Of a DNA stretch of 64,000 nt, positions 38,501 through 49,460 are shown piece by piece. The stretch is from NCBI GenBank assembly GCA_964252035.1, contig OZ176212.1; one strand, given 5' to 3'. Each line of letters begins with the position of its first letter. Positions within the stretch are counted from its first letter, which is position 1. Both the position numbers and the translations under genes were made by a program. This stretch comes from Podarcis erhardii. Taxonomy: Eukaryota. The notes under the pieces are model-generated. The model had not been told where the DNA came from, did not search any database, and saw nothing but the letters and a program-made list of their open reading frames with translations.

Positions 38501-39173
38501 GATTTCAGTGCTCCCACTGTGCAATTAACATTTAATATTGCGCATCGTCTGGTGGGAAAACTGGAAATCAGACGTGGGGCTTGTGATATGCTTCTTCCCA
38601 ATCTTGGATATTCTACTTTTCTAACTGATTGTCGTTTACTTCCAGTCTTGTTTTTGCGTCTTATTTATGACCAAAGGATGCACGTCAACCATTCCTTTTG
38701 GTGACAAAGTAAATACTACAGATATTCCAGTTTCTTTTTTCTTTTTCTTTTGCATGCATGCAGGGGCGGGGAGGATAAAGGGCACGGGTGTAAGAAAAAA
38801 GATGGTAGACTTCTAGGGGTGTCGTTTAGATGCAAGGGGAGTGAATGCTGTAAGAGGGGAGAAGCCAAGAGGGGTTTTTGCTTGAAGGCATGTGCTTCAC
38901 ATCTTGTGGTTGTGAGCACAGAGCAAAGTGGGCTTGGTCCATGGAGCCCTACAAGTGTCCTTAGAGCCGCAGCTGTTGCCTCTTCATGCGAAACTCTTTT
39001 CTGTCTCTCTCCACCCTTTTATTCACACAGGCCGCCCAAGGCGTCAGAACGTCTGGAGTCTCTACAGCAAGCCTAAGCAGCACAGCTCCCCAGAGGATTC
39101 ACCCGTCCACAGTCCGATTAGGGACTGGTCCCACCTTAAAGGTGTCATCAGTTCAGATGGAGAAAGCAATTGA
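30193..39173 (+). CDS. HIRIP3: HIRA-interacting protein 3 (730 aa); exons 30193-30272, 31908-32028, 32180-32330, 34487-35910, 36630-36804, 38206-38304, 39031-39173
   Basis: GT-AG introns; 2193 nt in frame. N-terminus KPDLSTLTNAIIRKKYL, large S/E/K/R low-complexity exon, C-terminal IRRLKRYIRECGAHRNYKKLL, EIASLDLCNIIATQGRPRR and DWSHLKGVISSDGESN match recalled human HIRIP3. AATAAA at 39790-39795. Confidence 0.95.
31031..31347 (+). mobile_element. Sauria SINE with 12-bp TSD (TACACACATAGG)
   Basis: TSD copies at 31019-31030 and 31348-31359; same head and ACCTTT tail as other copies. Confidence 0.88.
32546..32596. repeat. Compound (GT)n(GA)n(GT)n microsatellite
   Basis: Direct reading. Confidence 0.9.
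33345..33690 (+). mobile_element. L2-type LINE 3' end remnant
   Basis: Homologous to 8360-8715; ends in (AAAT)n. Confidence 0.6.
37531..38074 (+). mobile_element. Tandem Sauria SINEs: 5'-truncated copy (37531-37711) and full copy (37724-38074)
   Basis: Two ACCTTT tails; TACCTCAGGGAA occurs three times (37519, 37712, 38075). Confidence 0.88.
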
Positions 39174-39980
39174 CTCCAGGGTTGGAGGGAACCGTAGGCA
39201 TTCATGGGTTGCTTGTTGCCCTAATTTTGAGGGAAAACACAAGTTGGTCTGACCCTGACAACCAAGAGAGGGCTTCGTGATGTTTTTGGCCCATTTTACC
39301 CCACTTGACATGCATGACAAAACAAAGATAATGTTAATATTTTTGTTGCTGTTTCCCCATCACTAGCATGAAAGGCGGGACACAAATGTCTCTGCTGAGG
39401 GCAAAGGTTCATCCCTTCCCAAAAATATTTGTACTCCTAAGGGAGATGGGCAGAAAGAGAGAGCACCAGTTCCTTCAAATAGTTGTATTATAGTTGAGGT
39501 ATGGCCACCTTCCCCTATGACTCTTCTTTCCAAGAGTAAACAAGAATCCTAAACAAGAACACATGCAAGAGTATATTGCAAAGGAGGGAATGTGGGGCTT
39601 CATTTCCCATATGGTCTGGTACCTTGCTTCCTTTCATATTTTGTGGCATTTCTCTTCCCTCTGGGGAAGAATTCCCTCTGGGGGAAGAATTGATTCACTT
39701 GGAGGACAGATGTGCCTTTGCAATGTGGACCACATTTAATTATGGATGTTGTTCTGGAGATTTTACAGCTAAAATGTTTTATATTTGTTAATAAATGTTG
39801 GACTTTCTAAGTGAGACTCCGTACACCCTCCCGACTGCTCTTTTCATGAACGTATAGGCTAAGTAATTCACCATAATCCAACAACTGATGCAGAAGCTGG
39901 ATCCGTCAAAGCGTCTAAATTATTGCAGCTTTTCCTAAAAGGGCAAACTTCTAGATCTCGTAGAACCAGAGGCTCTGGCA

Positions 39981-40509
39981 CAGGGGTCAGCAACCTTTTT
40001 CAGCCGTTGGCTGGTCCACTATCCCTCAGACCATGTGGTGGACTATACTTGGCAGGGTGGGGGGGATGAACGAATTCATATGCCCCACAAATAACCCAGA
40101 GATGTGTTTTAAATAAAAGTACAGTGGTATCTCAGGTTACATACGCTTCAGGTTACAGACGCTTCAGGTTACAGACTCCGCTAACCCAGAAATAGTGCTT
40201 CAGGTTAAGAACTTTGCTTCAGGATGAGAACAGAAATCATGCTCTGGCGGCGCGGCGGCAGCAGGAGGCCCCATTAGCTAAAGTGGTCTTCAGGTTAAGA
40301 ACAGTTTCAGGTTAAGTACGGACCTCCAGAACGAATTAAGTACTTAACGCAAGGTACCACTGTACACGTTCTACTCATGGAAAAACACCAGGCAGGCCCC
40401 ACAAATAACCCAGAGATGCATTTTAAATAAAAGGACACATTCTACTCATGTAGATTGAGAAGGCGATTGGGCCGCATTCAGCCCACGGGCCTTAGGTTGC
40501 CTACCCCTG
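39981..40509. mobile_element. hAT-type non-autonomous element containing a nested Tc1/mariner MITE (40122-40362)
   Basis: TIR CAGGGGTCAGCAACC...GGTTGCCTACCCCTG; 8-bp TSD CTCTGGCA/CTCTAGCA. Inner element has CAGTGGTA.CTC TIRs and TA TSD. Confidence 0.85.
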
Positions 40510-43500
40510 CTCTAGCATATTGGGAATGGAGCTTCTGTGGCTGCGTAGCTCTTCCCCGTGACATGATCCCACACTGCTGGGGGGTGCGAGTGCTGTGGGC
40601 TGCAGTGACTTCACCCATTTGGCTACAGACTAGGCTTATTCACACCAATATACCTCTACAGTCTAGGAATCCGCCACAGGGAAGTTGCTCCAGATCCTTT
40701 AACATTGCCTCACTTGCCCAGACTTCTCATCCCGTCACGGCAACATGCTTTGAATGCATACAAAAAATGGCAGTGGAGAGTTTGTTGCAATAGCTACAAA
40801 AACTTTAAAAATAGCAAGGTCCTAATAAAGTATATGGGTGTGGCATGTGCTGATGAAATACTCTGCAAGATTGGGGTTTCCTGGGACAGCATCTTTTGGT
40901 GCCTTACACAAAGTGAGATCGTTCATCATTCAGTCCAGTTTGGATTATTTTGAAAGGAAGCCTACCAAAATCCCCTGTTTCCTCGTCTGTGCCTCCTAGG
41001 AACCAGCTTTATAGCAGGGCAGAAAGTTGGTGCATTTGGCCCAGGGTTGTGCACTGGCTCTTCTGGGTCTTAGGGAGGATTCTTTCCCATCACCAGATCC
41101 TTTTAACTAGCCAAAGATTAAAACTAGGCTCTTATGCATACGAAACATATGCTCTATCATGTAGCTGTGTGGTCCCTCTCTCTCACATGAATGCAAAAAC
41201 AAAACAAAACACCATTTTATCAAACTCTAAAACCAATAGGCAATAACACTGCAGGGAGCGGCTCATTTACATTTTTATATTTATTAAGATCTTTTGTCAT
41301 TGAACTGAAGCAATAAGAAACCCTAACTTTAATTAATATAGATTTCTTTTTCTTTTAATCCTCTAGTATTTACAAAGTATACAGAACTGCAGAGGTTTTA
41401 TGTACATATTCACTTGAAAGGAAGACCAGCTTATGCTCCATCCTCTGTAACAATTTCCTCCTCAGACAGCAGTAGTTCTGTTTCTGAGCCCAATTCAGAG
41501 ATCGGAGGACAATATACACTAGATGTCTCTACACTGACCAGTCCTGTGTTCAGTCTTAGAAGATAGGACTCTTTCTTTTGTGTAAATTCACCTATTAAGA
41601 TGCCAGGCCTTTGGGGAGATTTAAATGCTCTTCTCTAACTTGGGGGTTCAGTGACTAATTTTGAAGCAGGAATATGTAGTTGTATGGGTAAAAAGTTATC
41701 TTTCCAGAGTCACTTTCAGCTCAAAATCCTTCCTGTTTCATGCAAGACTATCCTTAAATAGCCCAAACCTTTGGGCTTTGACACCTGTACTTGAAAACAT
41801 ACAGAGTGAGGGGTGTTTGAGTTTTGCTCAAAAGCAACATAGTTTTCCCTCAGTCTTTTCGATAGATGAATGTTCAGCTGCTAAGAGGTTTGACATAAGG
41901 AACCACTGTACTAGCGTTAGTCTACAAAAGAAAACCTAATATGGCGTGTATATGTTTAGAATTCCTTAACCAAAAGAATTACACTCCTACATTTTCATTG
42001 TCTATAATAGATAACAATGTTGACACAAATGAATACACTGTCCACTTCAATTTATTCCTGGTGAGTATGGTATGTGTGGGGCAGTCGTCCACCTTCAAAT
42101 ATGAGAGAGGGTCTGAGTTGCCAGTTGCTTATCTATGCTTCAAGACATTTCGAATGTAGTAGAAATTTTGCAGTGAGAAAAGAGGAATTCAAAACCCCCA
42201 CCCTCACCTACACACACACACACACACACACTCTTTATAAATTAGCCTTGAAATATTCAGCCAGTAAGCCATCCTTTTCTCAGATACCACACAGGCCTAC
42301 TTTAGCTATGAGCTGCTAGAATTTTCTAGCCAGGCTTGACTGATAGGCAAGGTTCTGGGGGGAAATCGCTCTGAAAAGTCAGTGCAGGCTAAAACTTCCA
42401 AAAGTGAGGGTGAAATAAGTTCCTTGTTCTGGAGAGAAAAGCACTGCTGTGGAAGTCCTAGTTAACCACACCTTTTACAATACTATAATAAAAACCGTAC
42501 TAATAGAAACGAAACAACAACCAAGGGGTTGCTGAGTGTTAAGGCCATCCATCCAACAGGGCAATAACTTTGCTAGGGAAACTTCTTTAAAGGGGTCTCT
42601 CTATCTGGAACATCCTTATTTAAAATGACCAAATTTGTGCTTTCCAATAATTTCTTTAAAGCACTTGGAAACCTGTACCTCCAAAGTTAATTTATATGGC
42701 AGAACACCCTATGTAACTTCTAAAACATATTCCATTTGGAATATTTTACTCCCCACTACCTCACAGCTCCTTATTGTAGTCTGGATAACTCTAGGCCTTG
42801 AACATCCCAAGCTGTTCCCTTGACTTTCAACTATTCAAATTAATTTGAAATAAAACGGCTAAATTTTAACTGAACACACACCTTTCACTCTGTGGTATAG
42901 TCAGAAAATCTTCAAATAGAACCCAGTTCCCCTTCACTAGCATACTTAACTGCGGATCCATCTCCTCAGATGTTAAATTTACCCCCATAACTATTGTTAT
43001 CCTATCATTTTGTCCTCTCTGTGGCATTAAAAGCTTTTAAAAACACATGCACACATTCTACTGAGAGGGGGTTTTTGTCCAGAAAACGTTGCTCTCAACT
43101 TGTGATTAGAAAATGGTTTGCCCTTTCCCACACAATGCCAGAGCCCCACCATATTGTTCATTATTCCTGAGGAAGCGAGGTAACAGGCTTTTAATGCTGA
43201 ACGGTAATACCCCAGTGTCAGAAATAGATATAGTTTTTTACTTTCTCCCCTCCCCACTGGACAATATACCTTTCTTTGTGCTTTTTGCCCTCCACAGCCC
43301 TGTACTGAGGTAATATGAGCATTAATCCTCTGTTCCCCACACGAGTGGATTTTCCTGGGTTGGAACAGTATTATACTGAAACAGCAGTATTCATTATACC
43401 CATGGGCTGCTGGGTTGTAGCCTGCACAGTGAAAATTATTGTACTGAAGACTCCTTCTGCTTTCTGGAGCTGAAATGTACCATCTGCCCTTGGAAGTTTG

Positions 43501-44087
43501 ATCATCTTCAGCTTCTTCACTTCTGCCTTCTATTGGCAAAGCAGTCCTTAAACAATGTGTGCCTTGGGAGCAATGTTAACATTAACGCCTGTCATCACTG
43601 CTAAGATTTCACTCGGGGGGGGGGGGGAGTTTATTGTGTTTGTTAAAACCAAAGTAAACCCAGGCCCTACTGCCGGGAAGTAATTCTGAAGCTGTCTTCA
43701 ATAAATTATTTTTTTTCCCTTTCCTCCTCACAAAGGGAGGGTCAATTTATTCAGATCTTGAAGCTCTGCTTTAGATAAATATATTTACTGCCTATATTCT
43801 GCTATTAACCATCTTCTCTTAATACAAGCAAAACTATATAAGTTCTTAGTAACATTTGACATGGCGGAACCAGTCAATCACACTGAAATGGCCAAGCAAC
43901 TCAAGGTCTTTTTCATGATCTAATCATATTGCAAGGTCTCCCAAAAAAAGACTATTGTAACAGCATTTTCTTACCAAAGTCCACCATGCCGGAAGTTCTT
44001 AGTAGTGGTCCGAACATGGTGGAACTTTTTGATCCTAAATTCAAGCAGCCCGCGTCACCCAACCACATTCCCAAAGTTGCCCAGCGT

Positions 44088-44708
44088 CTATCTTAAGTTC
44101 CACAGGGGGACCAGCCCCCGGGTCTCTTTCTCGTAGATATCTGGGACCAAGCCAATGGGTGAGGGCACCATCTTGACGGTGTTCTTGCCAAACAGCTTGC
44201 GTTCGTACTCAATGAGTTGTCTCCAGAAGCCGACATTGGGCCTTACGACGGGTCGCCTGCTCTTCACCCACTCATGGGCATCCAAGAGACTCAACCGGTG
44301 GTATTTCATCAAGTAGGCGATGCAGAGGGAGGCAGATCTACTGACCCCTGCCACGCAATGGACAAGGGTTCTTCCGTTCTTCTTCCCCGTCTGGTGTATC
44401 CTGTCGGCCACAGAGTCAAAGTACAAGGACAGTGGAGCGTGAGGGAGGTCGGGGACAGGGACCTTGACGTAGTCAATATCTGGCCAGTTGGCATTGGGGA
44501 TTTCCATGGTGGCATTCACGACGCAAGTCACTGCCCTGGAGTAGACCATGTGCCTGTTGGACGCAGCATTGCCGGAGGAGAGGTAGAGGCAAGGGGAGAT
44601 CTGAGCGATGCCTCCTAAGACGGACAGAGTGTTCCCAGCAGCAGGGGCAGGCTTGGCCACGGAAGGAGGCGGAGAACGGCGGAAGAAGCCGTGGTTCCGA
44701 AAATTCAT
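44088..44708 (-). CDS. Atypical dual-specificity phosphatase, DUSP14-like (206 aa, single coding exon; an in-frame upstream ATG at 44729 would add 7 aa)
   Basis: Intact ORF with PTP loop VHCVAGVSRSA, acid loop VPDLPHAP, GGIAQI start of the DSP domain, RPNVGFWRQLIEYE and a DUSP14/18/21-type tail. GCCATG Kozak context. Acceptor (pyrimidine tract + TAG) before 44734. Symbol withheld because orthology is unresolved. Confidence 0.92.
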   Translation of the reverse strand: MNFRNHGFFRRSPPPSVAKPAPAAGNTLSVLGGIAQISPCLYLSSGNAASNRHMVYSRAVTCVVNATMEIPNANWPDIDYVKVPVPDLPHAPLSLYFDSVADRIHQTGKKNGRTLVHCVAGVSRSASLCIAYLMKYHRLSLLDAHEWVKSRRPVVRPNVGFWRQLIEYERKLFGKNTVKMVPSPIGLVPDIYEKETRGLVPLWNLR

Positions 44709-45195
44709 GGCGGATGGTTCAGCGTACATAACAGCTAGGGGGGAAGAAAGAGGTGATAAACTTCAAAGGACTGGTGCACTTAAACAAACAAACAAGTTAA
44801 AAGATGCATGATTCCATTCTTTCACTGAGCAGCTGCTACTGAGTCTGGCACGCTCCCAGAGAGCAAAAGTCCCCATGCCCTGATTCTGCCTCCTCCTTTT
44901 CTGCTATCCCCCCTATTCTAACAAATACAGGAACAAGCATGGGATTTGGGGAGGCATGGGGTGAGGCAGAGGTGGGAAATGAACTTGCAATTTTTTTAAG
45001 CAGGTGGAAGAGATGGATAGGTTATTTGTGGCACTGAAACAGGAGAGAAAGGTGGGTGGATGAGCAGACAGAGCAAAGTGAGGTGATAAGGGGAGCAAAG
45101 GGAGTGAACGGGATGCAAAGATGGGATGTGGAGGGAGAGAGATCAAAGAGTTCTGCTTCCGTGCAAAGCCAAACGTCTCCCAATAGCCTACCTAC

Positions 45196-45420
45196 CTCGG
45201 TCATTCCGTAGTAGCTGCTGTTCTCATCTCAGGGTTAGGTTGTGGGGAGGGAGAAAGGGAAGGAGCTAGAAACTGTGATGCTGCAGGAATGATGCGACGA
45301 TGGTGGGAAAATGGAGGAATAGGGAGTAGGAGTGGACAGCTTCTTAAAGGGCCAGCGGACTCTTTACCAGCCCATCCCCATTCGACCCACCCTGCCTAAC
45401 CCATGCCCATTCCTAATTGG
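45196..45420 (-). promoter_or_regulatory. Candidate 5' non-coding exon (donor after 45196) of the DUSP14-like gene, with possible proximal promoter
   Basis: Minus strand GAG|GTAGGT donor at 45196/45195; candidate acceptor CCTGCAG at 45281; CCAAT (45416-45420) and TTTAAG (45343-45348) upstream. Could be an internal or a first exon. Confidence 0.5.
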
Positions 45421-47345
45421 CTATCTGCACCCCACCCTCTTTGCCATCACAGCCATGGGCTCAAAGCATGATTCATACTGAATGATTATTGGTGCAAAGG
45501 GAGGGTGACAGTTTTGCATCAGAGGTTCCCTCCTCCAGTATAGGAGGTGGGGCATGTTTGTAATAATCCCCCATAGTTTTTGCTTCTTCCCCCAAATGTT
45601 TATCCTCTGTTCAACAATCTGGCCCCATCTCACCTCCACAGTAACTACCACCAAGAACCAACTGAAAGACCACTCCCTCACTATTTTTTTTTTTAAATAG
45701 CAGGGCATTGTGGTCCTAACTAGATATTTCTGGTTTGTCCTGAAATTTGAGATGTCTGGGCAACATATATTTGACATCACGGGGTCTACTAGGCTGTGAG
45801 TATACAAAATGCTTCATTGATGCATTCTGCAAGGATTGTAGTGGGTCCATTTGGAACGCTACATCCTGGAGAATAATGCTGGGTCTTGCTGGGGAATTCA
45901 AAAATATACTAATTTTCCTATTATAGGGCTCAACACATAGTTCAGATATGCCACCAAGCACAATTATAACTTTTCACTCCAATTTACTTTAACTCACACA
46001 GAGAGGTTCTCGTTCTATTTCACTTCCTAACTTAAGTAGAGTTCATTCAACCGTTCTTGTGGGGTGTTTCAGATGCCACTACCCTTGAAAACTAGATGAG
46101 GATATGGGTCCAGGGAGGGCATATACTCAAGATCTTTTAACACAGATCAGTTGGAACTCGTGCTTTAAACTGATCTTCAATGATCAAAATCAAGAGAAAT
46201 CCTGGATTTTGAAAGGCTACCCCCTCCCCCCCCCATGCTTCCATCTTCTTAGGTAGCAGGTCGTGTATTTGTATGTTAATGCTGAGGGGAAAAGGTAAGG
46301 AGGTCTTTTGAATTAACAAGCAGAATGTGTTCTATGCCTGCTTCCTCTTCACTCAAGTTGTGAGTTCCCCCGCAACCAGCTTTGCTCCCTGTTTAGATGT
46401 AACACGAGTCCAGTCCGAACAGCTCTTGAGGGATCCTCACTTTGGCTGACAGTCTCCATCTATTTTATCTCTTCATCCTATGAGGTCCACTCACCTAAAA
46501 ATCTCTCATTCTCAACCTCCTTTGTTTTTAGACATGACTATGATATTGAATCACATTCCTTTCAAACCTCAAAATGCCTAAACCTCTAGCCCCCTCTCTC
46601 TATTGCCTGCCACCAATAAACCCACACCCCTGGGCCCTTAACCTCTGGCTCTGCAACCCATAAAATGCACAATTTCCATGTGTGTATCTAATCCCTTAGC
46701 CTAGTGTTTTAACTCTTTTAGCTAACACAGGCAGACATGAATGGCTTTACCACTAGCAAACCCCAGTATTGTTTAATACCTAAACTGATTAAGAGTTCTG
46801 GGAAATGTGAATGCTAGCACCCTATTTTGTGATCATTGTCTTTTGCTGGCCCAATAAAGGTACCTAATATTGATTTTGGAATTAAGCGTTGCAGCATCTA
46901 ACACTGATTATGTCAATACCACTCCCTGCAAATGTTCGTCCTCAGTCCAACCCATCCTTCAGAATCATACTGGAGAGCACAGCACAGCCGCCCTGTGCTT
47001 GTGTGTGTGGAGTCATGCCTCTCAATAAGGGTGTGGTAGTTATTACGGGTCGACTCGCTTTAAATCTTACATTTATCTTGCTCCCATGTCACCACCAAAT
47101 CTGATCCCATGTGCTCCTCCTCTCAGTACCCCAAATTATTTGCCTCAAACTCCCCAACCGCTCCCGCTATTCAAATAAACACACATCTAAGAACATCCCC
47201 AGCTGCCATTCGACCTTCCCTCCCCACCCACTCAACTTCAGAAATCATGACCCTTCTGCACAAATAGCAACACCAAAATCAGATGTCCCCTCTACTCCAA
47301 ACAACCCCAAACTTTGAAAAAGGAAATGTATGTTTTTTTAATTAC

Positions 47346-49460
47346 CAGGTAGTGCTGTCTTTCAATGGAAGCTCTGAGAACAGCTCTCAAAAACTCTCCC
47401 CACGAAAGAAACCCTCTCTGGCCCACCTAAATGGTTTTGAGGAAGGAGGCTAACGGGCGAGAAGACGTCTGAATGTCTCTGTTTCCGATCGATCTCGTAA
47501 TCCCCTTCTTCTCTGCTTCCAAACAGATCTCCCTTTACAGATGTATCTATAATCTATTTTAATAAATACTATATATCTCTATATAGATTTTTCTCCCCTG
47601 GCCTTGCTTCTTCTCTCCCAGCGCCTCTTTCCTTCTGGGTGGGGATCAGGAGTTTCCTTCCCTGGCTCTCCCCCAGCATTGCCTATATACCACCCTTGCC
47701 ACCCCCCCCCTCCTGGACCACTCAAGCGTTGGAGGTAACAAAAGGTTGCCATGGCGACGGGATGCGGGGGGGGGGGAGGATGCTGTCGTCAGAGCCAGTG
47801 ACACAAGCCGGGGCTCGCGAAGGGGGAGGAGAGGAGGAGGAGGAGGAGGGACTGAAAACCCACGGATTTTCCCTTCCCGCCTCCGCTTCCGGGGTAGATT
47901 CTTCTCCCTCCGCTGCAAACTGTGGAGCGTAAACCCCCTCCTCCAGCTGCCTTGGAGACTTCAGTGTTACAAAATTAACCTCAAGATTAGGCAAGGTTAC
48001 TGATAAGGGGGAGCCTTATCAGGAAGTCCAAAAAGGCTCCATTCCAGGAAATAAGAGGAGGGCAACATTATCTCCCCCACTATTTTCTGTGCGTGGAAAA
48101 ATATTCAAGCAGCAGGATGGGACACTGTCCTCTCTCTAATCACGGGCTGCGGCATTCACACGTACACATAGAAGTACCAATTGGGAACTCGTCTTCGGGT
48201 CACCGTTTTTGGGGAAGCTCACGCCACTGCGGAGAGCCTCCCTCCACCACCACCCCAGTTCTGTGCGTCACAATCAGCCCATCATCCTCGCCCCACTCTC
48301 ACGCTTCCACGTTCCTGTGAGCGAGGAAGGTGCGGGGAACACGCGTGAGTCACAGAGAAGGTGCCAACCGAGGTTCCCGTCCCTGGAGGAGAAGCGATTG
48401 CAAAGCTGTTGGGAGAAAGGGAGGGCGCGGGCTCCAGAGGTGGGATAAGAAAGGCCCGGGGTGGCGGCGGCGGGGGGGAGGTGTTGTTGGGAAGGCTACA
48501 AGTTAGGATCGAGCGGCATCCTGTGCCAGGACACGGCAATAAATTAACTCCGTGGATGTGGGACACTGAGGACAGGTATGGAAAGGTGCTGCCGCCTTAA
48601 AATTAATATCCTCCCGCCCCAGGGATTTATTTTCCTTGAAGGAAGAAGGAGGCCTTTAAAGCTCCGTGTTCAGGGGCAGTGTATCTGCAAATTGCAGCCC
48701 TTGGAAGCGTGCAACAGCAATCGAGGGCGTTTGCCTTCGTACCTTGGTCGTGGGCTTCCGGGAGACATCTGGCCCGTCGCTGTAGGAGACGCGACGCAAA
48801 ACCAGAAGGACTTTGCTCTGACCCAGCAGGGCCGTTTTTAATGTTCAGCTGCGTTTCTCTTTTTAAGCCACGCCTCCTCCAAGCACACTTTGTCACGGGA
48901 AGAAGCCAATCTGTCCCTGCTTAACAATGTGCAAGAGGCTTGGTTCCATTGCCCTAGAAGCTGGTGCGTTGCAGGCAGGTTCGCGTTCGATGCTGAGTAA
49001 GGATTTCTTGCCTTTATTTAATACATTTATAAACCGCCTTTCCAGGGGAAACGCTTCAGGAAACAATGTGCAAATACAAAATTGCCCCATCGTCAAGCAG
49101 TGCAAAACTTATTTAAAACATCTGAGAGCCACAATGATCTTAAAAGATCAATAGGGATCCGCCTGCAGTTCTGTTACGTGCTCAAACGTCACGGATAGTA
49201 ATCCTAAAGTTTGCATCGCCCGCTTTAGTGAACACAAGGGAATACAATACAGTACTGTATACCCAAACGGAGGCAAAAATCATGTCCTTGTATCTAGCTT
49301 ATTACGGTAAGCGTGACTCAGCGTATCGCTTTGTTCGTCTCACCTCCTATGCGGAAATCGTCAAAGCGTTACCGTATTTAGCGGGTTAAAGCCCGCCTCG
49401 CCTCAAAATAATAGTGCGCATTACCGTAACTACTGAGTTGTGTGCCACTTTGTAAATAAC
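47346..49460. promoter_or_regulatory. CpG island with RFX X-box and ETS motif; probable distal promoter/first exon of the DUSP14-like gene on the - strand
   Basis: CpG-rich stretch with no coding exon assigned. GTTGCCATGGCGAC at 47745-47758; CCGGAAGC on - strand near 47885; minus-strand donor CTG|GTAATT at 47346/47345. Confidence 0.55.

Noticed and set aside
43027-43539. 170-aa - strand ORF downstream of the DUSP gene
   Set aside because: No homology I recognise and no exon signals; more likely UTR or intergenic.
44217-44618. 133-aa + strand ORF over the DUSP gene
   Set aside because: Antisense shadow of a GC-rich CDS.
45225-45245. CCTAACCCTGA on the - strand resembles the telomerase RNA template
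   Set aside because: No pseudoknot (CR2/CR3), CR4/5 or H/ACA sequence follows; the context fits a spliced 5'UTR exon.
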